Shown here in pieces: positions 51,881-64,000 of a stretch of 64,000 bases of DNA (positions are counted from its first letter, which is position 1; each line of letters opens with the position of its first letter). The DNA lies in assembly GCA_965112155.1 (NCBI GenBank), contig OZ218099.1; one strand, given 5' to 3'. The position numbers and the translations under genes were made by a program. A model generated the notes under the pieces. That model worked only from the letters and a program-made list of their open reading frames with translations, was not told the origin of the DNA and made no database searches. Source of the stretch: Podarcis liolepis. Lineage: Eukaryota.

Positions 51881-54800
51881 TCATTTGCAGGTGTGACTGT
51901 GGCAGATCTGTGTATTTAACTGTAGAAACAGTGGAGGGTTAGGGTGCAATTTTAATAACAGAAGGATGCACATGTGAAGTATATTAAATCCTTCTCCAAA
52001 CATTACTTTCCTCCCCTCAGCTACTCTTTTATCCCAGCTGGGATAACTTCCACTCTTGGAGTGTGACTGATGGAAAAACTGACTAGGAGAGAAAGGCTTT
52101 GGGGCAATGAGCTACAGTGATGGTAAGGATTTAGCATCCCTTATTTAGCATGCCCACTGTTGATTTAGCATGCCCACTGTTGACATCAGGCTCCACCTAC
52201 TGCAGTCTATATGATTGCAATAGAACTCGTTGGAATCAGTGTGTCACAAAGTGTTGCAAGCAAAGAATTGTCCATAATGGGCAAGTAATCCTATAGTTTT
52301 TGCCTCCTAACAGAGGACATTCTGCTGTGTTATCTTACCAGTGAGTGGATTAATGCGCTTCTTTTTTTGCTGAAGGGTCTGAATAAACATTTTCATTTAC
52401 TCCCTGCTGTGTCATTGACAAACAGAGCTGTTATCTAGAAACATTTTAGAGCACACAGTAAACAAAACTACACTCACCTACCAGTAATGCCTGTCTGGCA
52501 TTATACTGTTACGAAAACTCTCATGCAGTCATCTGTATAGCCATGAAGAACAAGGGGAAAGAAAGGTAACCTTGTCATTTGACAAAGACACTTGTGCAGT
52601 TCACTAAGTATTGTTTGGTGTTCAGCTGTAGGGCAATTTGTACTATACAGACATATAGAGGGGAACTTTTAGAAGCTAGTCACTCTGGAGATCCAGAAAT
52701 TTCAGAGCACTACTTTAGTTAAAAAACAAGAAGAAATGTTTGTATCCATTACCAATGTTACAGCTGTGAGTGGGGTTTTTTTTGGGGGGGGGGTCCTGAT
52801 TTTTAAAGCATACAGTAGTGTGATTTCAGTTCCTATGTACTCTGTCAAAAGGAAACCGTACAAGCTAGTATCAATAGTATTTATGTTTCTTTCTTTCTTC
52901 CTGAAGCCTATTACTTATGGATACTGTTATTAGAGAGATCTCTTCTGAAAGAGGTGATTTCAATGCACATTTTCACTAAAGTACTCCAATCGTTCAGCTG
53001 CCAAGCCAGATGTGGCTTCTGAACAGTGAACATATCAGGTGTGGCAGCTAATGGAAAGGGAGGAGAAAAACATTCTGGAAGGAAAAGGAATGTCCAGACC
53101 GATAGAGCAATAGCTTGGTCTTCTAAACAATATTAGGTCTAACCTATTGCCACAGGTCACATCATTGTACCACAGAGATTTTACAAATGGATAAGTAGTC
53201 CTCCCTGTTGTCAGTAGAACAGTTAACCTTCATTTACTCGTAGCACTCACATATTGCATTTCCAAAGAAGACAATTTATGTGGTTTTGGTCTTTAAGAAA
53301 AACTAGAAAAGTTTTACATGGAGTGCAATAGCTTGTTTTCAAGTTACACAAAATAACAAACAGATGCCTATTATTATAACACAGTATGTTCTTTTCAATA
53401 AATTGAATTGTAAAGGTTACATTCTGCTTTTTGATTACCTTGTTGTCTAGTCTGTTGAATAAAAAAAACACATTTTAGCCAAATAATTCTTAGGCTGCTT
53501 TTGAACTAATTAATCTGATAAATAATTCATTAAATGTATACATTGCAATACATCAATAAATGTCCCCTGTTTTTAAAGGAAAACTTTAAGGAAAGTTTTA
53601 CTTCTGTGAAGTGTCAAAAAGAAAAAGCTGCCACTATTTTAAAAATAGGAAGTCATATTGGCTATTCTTCCTCAGTCATGTCAAGCAGGAAATATTTGTA
53701 CAGACTTAGATTTGTGAGTTTAACTGACTAGTTTTTGAGACAATCAAAATGCTCTTTAGTTTTTATGTTATTCATTTTTTTCAAAGTTGAAGTATGTGAG
53801 CATTTTTTACAATACAAATGGGAGAAGTGTGCATTCAGACCTCATATAACTGGGATATACATTTTTTTTCATATTTCTCCATTTCTTCAAGCAAATTCAA
53901 ACAAAAAGAGTTTCTTCTAGTAATTAATTTCCTAATGAATTAGTATGCATTTTAAATCTCTTATTAAAGTTTTAATTGATTAATTCCACATGATGGCTGA
54001 TTAGGGATCCAAAAACACCCCTCTGTTTGGCTTAAAAAACAATCTGGTTCTTGTGAATATTTCCACTGAGGACTTGTAAAAACTTGAAAGAAGACATGCA
54101 AAAACCCACTTGCTAAAACCTGATCATCCTTTGCGTTACAAGCAAAGGTAAGTGAAAGAGGTGGGGTAAATTTAAATCACCTTTGCTTACATGGAGGTAG
54201 AATAACAGAAATAGGAGCAGAAGGGAGCATATTTCACTATCAGAAGCGTTCTGAAGTGCTGAAATAAAAAATGCTTCTAAGTATGTTCAGAAACATAATT
54301 TCTTTAAAAATATATAATTTTTTGGAAACCATAATTATTCTGAACCTTGAAGATGTTTTTGAACTTGCTCAGAAATGTTATATTGAACAAGAATCATAGG
54401 AACTGGAACTTGTGCAGGCTTTAACCAAGTATCTTCAAAACAGAGGGCTTTATGTAACTGCAGCTCCTCTGTTGTGATGGACTTCCATGCCTGCAAAGGA
54501 GCTTCCTTTTTCTCTCCAACGCCCTGCAGCCTATCAAAATCAGCTCTAGAATGTTGGGGGACCCTTCAAAGCATATATTTGGAGTGCATGGGGTAGGAAA
54601 GGAAACAGAAGTCCCAGAACTTCACTGGTATAGCATTGGATGCATTTTTAGCAAAAGCAAATTAAACAATGCAGATCAGTGAAATAAAACATGCTGTATG
54701 AAGGAGTTCAAGCGCACACAGGACAGAATCCAACACTGCAAAAGAATTTTTTCTAATCTAAACTGTTTCCCAATTGTCCAGAGTAGATTTAGAGAGGGTG

Positions 54801-57167
54801 AGACTGCAGGGGAAGGAGAGGAAGGTGATGTTCTGGATCTCATTCACTTTTGTCTTGAATATTTCCAGAAGTTTTATTCTGGAATTCATGACAATGCCCA
54901 AACACAGATCAGGTTTTGCAGATCAACAGTTAAAATGGAGCTTTACAGTTCTTGATTAGGCATAAGCAAAGCTGTTGTCCAGCCATTGACACAGTTAATG
55001 CTAGGGATATATGATGATACTGAAATGGGACTTCCTCCTAAGAATCCAGTTGGCTGCTCCCTGGGATCAGGTACCATAGTGCCTTCCAGTTCTTCCTTCC
55101 CTCTCACCAGCCCTACTATGATGTCTCCATGGGGTTCAGAATACGTGAAGTTATGTTGCAGGATCTGAAATTTGTTCTGCTCACACTTGGACAACTTTAG
55201 ATTAGAATGTTTTAAAACCAAATAGGTATTTTATTTGTAAATTAGAAAAGCATCAACAAGTATAGGATTTGTTTATATTTGTTTATTTTTCTGTTTCTTT
55301 CTTTCACACACATGTATATTTCTCCCAAAAGGACTTTGGGAGGTGAAATCTTGCTTTGGGGCTCTTGGTCAATGAGGCAAGGGAACCAGAGATTATTGTC
55401 AGTTGCAGATTTGGACCATGCAGAGAGAAAGGTAGTTTTGAAGTTTGTCTTTCTCAGTGTGGCATTCATTCTTAAAGGCAAATGGGAGAGGAAAGCAATA
55501 ACTATCAGTGTAAGTCTGCCCTATTCCAGCCCCTTTTCTGGCCACTTCTGGGTTGCATGATGTCCGCATGCATGATCGCATGTGTGCTGAACAAGTGTAA
55601 AATGGTCATTGCCTGCAAACAATAGTATAAGAAATAATTACAGATTTTTGTTAAATTATAATTGGAAAACTATGGTTTACAACTTCAGAACAAGCCAAGA
55701 TATTAAGTCATGGTTTGAAGTTGGCATAATAACTTGTCTTGCTCTGATGCTGTTAACCATAATTTCCCAATCTGAACAGAACGAGAAACTATACTTAATT
55801 TAAAAGGTCCTGATTTGTTTCCTCACACCAGAAGGGAGGGAAGCAGAATGACTCCATGTGTGCTTACAAATCTTGTTTGTATCAGAGCTTATTATGCAGA
55901 AGTACAGTTGTCTAGATCAGTCCTATGGCCCAGTTCATACACAACACTACCATAAAAATACATAAAAATACATTAAAATTGGCCCTGTGCACTTCCTCTC
56001 TCCTCAACTGGGGCAGCTGCAATAAGGAGAACAGAAGCATCAGCTTCAGTTTTCAGCTTACCAATTTTATCTAAGCATAGGCAAAATGAACCCTGGCAGT
56101 TTATTTGCTTTGTCCAGGAAAATGACAAGTCTGCTTTTTTAATTAGTCACTGATACGTTTCCAGAAGGAGGTTTCTCCATCACAAATATAACAGAGTTGG
56201 CTATTGGTAAATGAATTTAAGTACATAAACATACAATTACAAAAAATAAAATAAAAAATGGCAGGCATTGTAGATTGCAGTGATAGAAAAATTGTTTGAA
56301 ATTGTTTAGTTAGAATCAAAACTAGACTTTCAGCCTTTCCTCTTCATGAGCAATAGGGAGAAGATCTTCAATGTCATATCAAAGCCACAGTATTATTTAT
56401 TAAATTTTAGTTAAGAAATACAGAGAAATGGAAGCTGGCTCCACAGGACTGGGATCTCTTTCAAATAGAGCCCAGTGGAGATAATATATTGTGATGAAGT
56501 TTATTGCATAGCATCAAAGATAATAAGGAAAATTATAGGTGTGGTTTTGTGTAGGTTAGTTCTTATTTTTAATCTTCTTGCCTATGGTGACTGAGGGTTG
56601 GGGTTAATGCTGTTCATGTAATGAATATAAATCCATTAAGATCAAAATATCAGTTAAAATTACATGGAAGTGCCTCTAAAACTGCTCAAAGCCCCAGACT
56701 TCCTGTCTCGTGAATTAAGCTATTTTTAAACTAAGGAGACAAAATCATCCATGATACTGCAGATAAGCCGTGCCTCTCAATATGGCTGGATTGATGAAGG
56801 GTCTGCAACTGTTATCTTGATTCCTTATGCTGCCTTTCCTTCCAAGTAAGAGGAGAGCATGGCATTTTCCTTATAATTATGATAGCATGTGAGTTTTCTA
56901 GTACTATATTTTATTGAAACTCCCCCCCCCCTTTTCATATGACATGCTTTAATATTTTTAATTATACTGAGATATTACAACCACAAAAATCAGAAGAAAG
57001 TAGGTACCGTACATGATATCAGTCCTTTACAACCTGATTGGGAGGTAATCACCACCATTTTCCTTTCCAGTGTATTTTTAAGAGACATCATCTCTCTTTT
57101 TTGGGAAACGTACACAGGAGAACTCCTTTTCTTTTTGCATTACTATTCTGCTCCAACCCCAACTCCT

Positions 57168-57744
57168 TGTCATGAGTTGGCAGGACAATGGGGAGGAGGG
57201 TGTAGCTGGGATTGGGGCACACCAGGGAAAGCTGGGCATGCGGAAGGAGAGGTTGGTGTAGGAAGTACAGGGTGACAGAAGGTGATGAGGGGATGGGGGT
57301 CCATGCACAGGAAGCAGAGCAGCAGGACCCATCACCAGAGCCAGAGGGGCCTGTGTATCCACAAACACGGCGGGCTCTGAGGCATAGGGAGCAGTGAGCA
57401 GGGCGCTCCAGGAGGCTGAGGCAGGGAAGGGTCCACAGCCCAGCTCACTGGCTGACCAGGTGGGACTTGCTAACTCTGGGAGATGTGTGATTCCTTGACT
57501 GGAGTAAGCTTGGAACAGGTGAGGGTCACATGCCTCATCAAGCCCAGATGCTGAAATCATGCAAAGGTATAAAAGGGCAGCAGAGCTGAGGTCCTGTGTC
57601 TGCTCACTGCTTATGTTGATGGACCTGAATTTGAATGCTCCAGGGTGTCTGCAGGACTTTGCCTCTGTTTGGACATGTGGATTGACACTGGACTGGAGAC
57701 ATGACATACTGGCTTGTTGCCAGGTAGGCCAGGATTTCAGGATA
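57168..57744 (+). mobile_element. Solo LTR, older, with TATA box
   Basis: Starts TGTCATGA, ends TCAGGATA (CA to TA), near-TSD CTCCT/CTTCT, GGTATAAAAGG at about 57566-57576, purine-rich 5' half like the other two LTRs. Confidence 0.7.
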
Positions 57745-60700
57745 CTTCTTATCAGACCCATTGATTATATGAAGACATGTCTCTGCCATGACTTTATTCT
57801 CCCAGTTTCCCAAATATCCCTTTCCTGTTCTCAGGGCAGTTGTGAGTTTTCCTTCAATGTCCCACTCCCCCCCCCCCCAGGTTTTCTGAACTTCATGGTT
57901 CCCTTCTCTTTCAATTGAAGCTTCCTTGCCAGAACCACCTGTTACTTTGTCAGGTCCCTTGTTAATATCTATCCAGTTCTCCTTCCTTCACAACCTTTTC
58001 CTTCAGGAACTTTGATTCTTCCTACAGGTACATTGACACCTTGTTTGGCTTACCAAATGTTGGTTGGTATCCCATGCTGCATGAGTGGCATTTCACTCAC
58101 ACAATGGGACTTCTCTATCAACTCCTATCTGTGTACCCCCCAAATATGCCCCAAGGGGGCCCCAAACCCTCAGGAAAATGAGGGTGCCTAAGGGTTTGGA
58201 AAGGAGGGGGAAGTTCTATTTCACAAGTGGAAGTCTGTTGTGCAAGCAGAAAGAAAAGATTGGATACAGCCAACACATCCTCAGCTTCCAAAGCTTCGCT
58301 GTTTGGCTTTCAAGCATGATTGTTGTTATTTAAAAGAGGGGAGGAGAAAATTCGGAATTCCAGTCCACACCTTTCTTTTAGCTTTCTATTCCAATGTCTC
58401 CTTTACACGTCATTCAAGACACTCAGCAGCATCCCCAAACTCCAGTTGGGCATATAACATCTATAACCCTAATATATTTTCTGAAGGAAGCACAGCTGTT
58501 GTAGTTACATAGGAAACATATTGGCTGTGTAAAATACATTGGAGGAACCCCTATTTCAAAGGATTTTGCAGATTTGGCAGTGATATTCTGGTGCAATACA
58601 TTTCAATTGGTTAACAAATTCCCAAACAACTGGCCAACCATTGGTGCAATACGGCAGATAATACCAATCATGTAATCCAAGACGGCCATAATGCAGGCCA
58701 GAAAGAAGTGTTGTTGTTTTTAAACTACAGATGAGCACATGGAGAAAAGGGCAAGTCAGTTTCCCATTTAAAACTTCCTTGCTTCTTCAGTTGGGTGATC
58801 AACTGCAGCAAATAATTGACAGCTACATGCCCATTACTTTCCCCCGCACACTGTGGCTGTCTAGGATTCTCCAACAGAGTACAAAATTTGATCCTTATTT
58901 AAAAACATTCATAGAGTGTGACCTGGCTACAGCGCTTTTATGGCACCAGTAAATGAAACAAGCCTAAATGTCATTTTCTGAAAAAAGTGAATATTCTTCT
59001 GTACAAGCATTTAAACTAGTGTGTAAATAGCATTGGGTCCGTAGCCCTTCACATTTATGATGTGTGAAGTAGCTGAATCCAGTCTCATTAAGTACTTTTA
59101 ATAACTTCTAAAAATATGTTGTGCGTTATTCATTGATAACAGTATAAAATCAGCCTTCTGACAAATTCCTTGTGCCACTTTTGTTTAGATAAAAAAGGGT
59201 TTATAATTAAAAATCACCAATGAAACTCAAATTCTAATTAACAAGTCAGAGGGGGTAAAAGCTCAGAAACCAAATTATTTATATGACATTGTGCCATAAA
59301 AGAGAAAGTGCTACACTATTTAAAACAAAATGAGGCATATATAGCTGGATAAATAACACTGGTAAGAATAAATCAGTCAACAAAATCATTTACCTAACTG
59401 AAAATAAGCCTGTAATGGTTCTTGGGGTGCTTTGATATTGGTGGGTAACTATGTGCCACTACTGCAACTAACTTTCATTCATACTTTTGTGTGTAGTCAC
59501 AAAACAGTATCAAAATTATTTCAGTTACAATGGGCGGATTTGCATAGTACAAGAATGAGTTATTTGCATTCTGTTCCTTATAGCTACAACATAGATTTTC
59601 GAAATCAGTTATGTTCACTGGTTGTATTTAATAGCTTTCCAAAGCTGACTTTTCAAAGTTGTTTGCTGTAACTGCATAAAATGGCAGCGCTCTGTCATCT
59701 GTGAGCAACATGAACTGAACAAGATAGTTGAGAAGTGAAAAGGATTAATTCTATTGTTTTGCATTCTTCATTTCAGAAGCATCAAAGATGAGCCAAGTTT
59801 AAAAGTGGCACCAGTTAATGCAGCATAAAAGTGATGTGTGAAATGTGACATCTCTTTAACATTGAGAGAAAACACTTGCCTCCATTGAGTGCTTCTAAAT
59901 GCAAAATATTGACACATCCTTATTATATTATACAAAAGGCTTTGTTCAGAGAGATAATTTTATAGAATGGGTAGTATCATGTGATCTTATTCATATTTAT
60001 GAAATGCGATAACACAGAAAAAAGGTGTACTAGTGTACAGTAACTATCTTTCTAGACCTGCTTCAGTTTCAAAATGTTTTTCATTTCACACATCAGACAC
60101 TAATTAGCAAATATCTAATTAGTGTTAGAAGATTGCTCATGGGAGTTTTGAAGCTTTAAGCTTTCGTGCATGCAGAAATAGTGACACTTTAGGTGCATTT
60201 GTTAAGGTACAGTAACTTTAAATGGACCAACTTTTATTTTCCTGTGAAATGCCAGAAATTACAATTAATTAAATAAATTAGAAGAAGCTGAATTAAACGC
60301 AAAAACAGAAAGTACTTATAAAGAGACAAACTGAAAGAAAACTTAAAATGGGAAAAGTGAAATTATCTCGGGGCTGGTGTACACATTATAACAGCTTTAT
60401 TACCAGTCCTTCTAGATCAACTCTCCCCATATAGACCTGTCCTCACCCTATGCGTATGGCTGGATGGACCCTCTGTGTGTCTCACTGTTGGCTAAAGAGC
60501 AATTATTGGGAACCAAGAAGAAGGGCCTTGGTTGTAATGGCACCCAGACTGTGGAACTCCCTGTCCCAATAAATTCCTAATTTTGATACTGTTCAGACAT
60601 TTTGATCAATGGGGGATAAATAAAGCATCACATATTGGTGGCATTTTATAAAGAAAGTGATAACAAATAATAATGAGTTTAACTTCACATTTATTGTTGC

Positions 60701-61915
60701 TATACAAAATGAGAAAGAATGTAATAATAAATTATGAGTCCAACACTGATTTCAAGTTATTCAAAAGCTAGGTTATATTTTTGATTTAAGATTAATTTTT
60801 AAAAAGTTATGAAGAATATTGTTGTTGCATCTGTTATATAGCCAGTCTTCAACAATTAAATTACTAGTGAAATTCATTTCTTACAAAAACCTTCAAATAC
60901 TTATTGAGATTTTACAAGGAAAATGAAGGAGATTTAAGAGAAAAATGGATTGTAATTTTTTCAGCATCAAGCAGCATCAACACAACAAGTCTTTAAGGGT
61001 AAAGCAGCAATTCAGAGCAGAAATGTACTCCTGCTTGAAAGGAAGAAATAAGATATTAAAGGCTGGTAAAACAATGCTAAAATCTGTTTTACACAGGATT
61101 AGTAAAAGGGTGGAGTTGTTAATTCTAAACAGGCTGTATTCATCTGAGTTATCAGGTGTCAAGTGCTTTTACCTTGACCTGAATTCCATTTCAGTGTTTC
61201 TTATGTGTGCTTCTCACTCCCTCCTCAATGAATATCTACACAAAGAAACAAGCTGCACTTTGATCATGATTTCAGTATAAGAATATGTATATCGAGTCTA
61301 ACTTTTCATTGTGCAGATTACACAGAAACTGAGAGGGATTGGGAGGGGATCTTTTTGAGCTGATGTTCTTCAGAAATCGAAGACTTCTTTTCATACCTTT
61401 GTGCTTACATTTGCATTGCTTTTAAACTCACCTTATTTGTGCCAAAGCAAAAAATGCTATGACAGGAACATTTCATATTTAATGGAGGGTACCTATGGAA
61501 AGGCACCCTTAACTATGGAAGCAGGATCCATTCACTGGCTTTAAGTATGCCTCAGCACTGCATCTTTCTTCTCTTTCTCAAAGAGTGAGCTAATCCCTCT
61601 GTCAGTATGAGTGTCCTAATTTAGAACTCAACACCCTCAGGCAATATTTTTGCCCTTTTCTTGTAATTGACATCTCAATGAGAATGCAAGAACATTCACC
61701 CACCCCCCTAGTAAATACTGCACCACACAGATGTCATTAAGGATTAAGGATGTTTAGTATTCAACAAATGTTATATACAACAAAGCAAAGTGCAGGCATG
61801 TTTGTTTATCTGAAATAAAAAGCCCCATTAATTTTATGCTATCATATGTCATGCTCTAACCGAAGCTCTGGGATGGGAATCATATTCTGTAAGATAAAAC
61901 TAAGAAGTATGTATT

Positions 61916-61990
61916 GCATTACATTACATTACAATGCATAACATTATTATATTATATTATATTATATTATATTATATTATATTATATTGT
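61916..61990. repeat. (ATTAC)n/(ATTAT)n pentanucleotide microsatellite
   Basis: Read directly. Confidence 0.95.
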
Positions 61991-63369
61991 TATAATTTCA
62001 GATTCAATGGGCTTAAGATGGCCTAGCTGCATAATGACTTGTGGTACATGATGAGTGTATATGCTGCCAAAGAAAAGCCTAAACAGAACTTACGCTGCCG
62101 CACGAAAAAAAATTAGATTTAGGCAAGTCACTGGAGGTAGGGGTGGGTTTTTTTTTTGGTTAAGAGAAATTACTGGAATGTCTCCTATGTGTCTTTGCTT
62201 TGCTAAGCATAGTCCTAGTCAAGCTGGTTGGGGGAGGGGCAAGACAAATGTTGTATGATCTAAGCAGGTCCGTTTTAAGAGGAGAGGGCAGTATGCCCTA
62301 GAAATCACACATAAAGGAGATCAGATTAACAGTGAGGGGAAAACAACACTCCCAGAGGGTGCAAGTGAGAAGTGAAAGGTTCAAATGACAAAGGACTCAA
62401 ATGAATCTTGCCACCAAAACTTTCAATAGTTTTAGAAGCAGGGTATTTATCAGTCAAAATAAGAAGCTTGAATTGTGCCCAGAAATTTTGTAAACAATGG
62501 TGATGCATCTATTGTTTCACCTGTCTTTTCCAAAACAAACAAATGATCACTAATTTGTATTTACTTAACCATTTACATTCCTTTGTCAAGTGGATCATTG
62601 AATGTCAATGTCAAGTGGATCATTGAATGAATGCGATTATGGTTGCAGTTTCCAAAGATAAAATTACCATATATCATACAGCTGAAATTGTCTATGTGGC
62701 TAAACACCTTACATTTCTAAAAATGTCTTCCTGCACATGACCAGCTGGCCTAATTTATTTTCAGTCATTTGATTTAAAGATGCATGACTGACATCATGAT
62801 GGCAAAGTTACATTAAGGCATTGCTTTATGCTCTATACATCCCATAATTATTTAATAACAAATGTGACATTCTTGAAGCAGTGGAGGAAGAGCTGCCTTT
62901 TTAATTTGGGTTTCACGTGCTTACATTTTCAAAAATGAAAAATGCAAAGAATTGCCACTATATTGTCTGGCATAACCATATTGTACATTTTATACTGTCC
63001 ACCTCCTTTAATTGTTTTATTTACTTCCTGGTTTGTGTAAGTATAGCTGATGTCCAGAATGCAATATATGTGAAGACACACTTTTGCATTTGTTGATATA
63101 TATGTTATTTGCTGATGGCTGCATTGCATTTAACTGTTTCCAAACATTTTTGGCTTAAGGTGCTTTTCTTTTCCTTGGAGCTTATACCCCCTTCACTGGC
63201 AAACACTGTATTTCTAAAAATGTTTCAAATTTCTGCCTTCGAGATAAATAATATTGAAATGTCCATTGTTGCCTGAAATGTGTTCTTTTTTTTAGAACAA
63301 TGAAATAAAAATCATATAAACAACTATCACTTTCTGAGACTACATTTTATTTCTTTCAGATCTTCACAT

Positions 63370-63396
63370 TGTGTGTGTGTGTGTGTGTGTGTGTGT
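63370..63396. repeat. (TG)n microsatellite
   Basis: About 13 TG units. Confidence 0.95.
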
Positions 63397-64000
63397 TTCA
63401 AGAGCAATTTCAGTTGTTTTTGCAAGAGTGAAAATGGAAGCTTGTAAGAGGCACATCCATGAGAAATTCACAGGTTGTAACATTGTATTGGAGGAGGAAG
63501 AGTTGCCAAAATTTGCCTGTTTCAGGCTGATGAAGCAAAACTAGACATCTGCTAAATTATCATCTACCTAACATTTTTCCTTTTCAGTCAAATGCATTAG
63601 GAAAAAAATATTTTTAGCTGTTGAAACAATCTGACAAGATATTTACTTAACTGCTTGCTTGAGTTAACTGCACAGCACTCATCCTCTGATCTATACTGCC
63701 CACCAGCTCTTAAGATTTGTGCTGGACTTCAGCTGCAGAACCTGTTTTTCTGGACAGAATTTAACCCCAAGGCTCATAAATCAGTGGTGAGGGAAACTGC
63801 TTCTGAGCATGTACAGAATGAATTCCCCATTAAATTGAATTACTGAAAGCAGTCTTCATGTACTAGGACTTAGGAAGGAGGGTTTTGAAGTTGCAGAATA
63901 TGACTTCTCTAGAACACTCCAGAGCACAGGTCTTTAAACATCTAAGTATTATTGTTGGAAAATCCACACTACAGTCTTCTTTTTAGTTTGCAATAAATGT

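Noticed and set aside
57078-57761. Longest ORF in the track (227 aa, minus strand)
   Set aside because: It is almost coextensive with a GC-rich solo LTR read antisense; low-complexity Pro/Ser/Ala composition and no recognisable domain.

Overview
AT-rich vertebrate non-coding DNA (intronic or intergenic). Sauria SINEs, tRNA-headed SINEs with CR1-type tails and Tc1/mariner MITEs point to a squamate genome, probably a lacertid lizard; this is from recalled family consensuses, and no search was run. I recognise no host protein-coding gene, RNA gene or CRISPR array, and the ORF track is mostly chance or TE-derived. Supported content: Sauria and other tRNA-SINEs, TA-flanked Tc1/mariner (pogo/Tigger-like) MITEs, hAT MITEs with 8-bp TSDs, three solo LTRs, CR1/L2/RTE LINE remnants, a decayed SGNH-hydrolase ORF of a DIRS/Ngaro-type retrotransposon, and microsatellites. 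The most unusual structure is at 32255-33207. One 13-bp TSD encloses a 22-bp SINE head, then a ~550-bp inverted, ~96% identical copy of sequence 12 kb away (44813-45375), then a full Sauria SINE. This looks like capture of local sequence by template switching. Also notable: three divergent solo LTRs share a cryptic acidic, then Pro-rich, then basic peptide pattern, and related MITE families share one end scaffold but carry different iterated motifs. Alignments and translations were done by hand, and boundaries of old elements are approximate.
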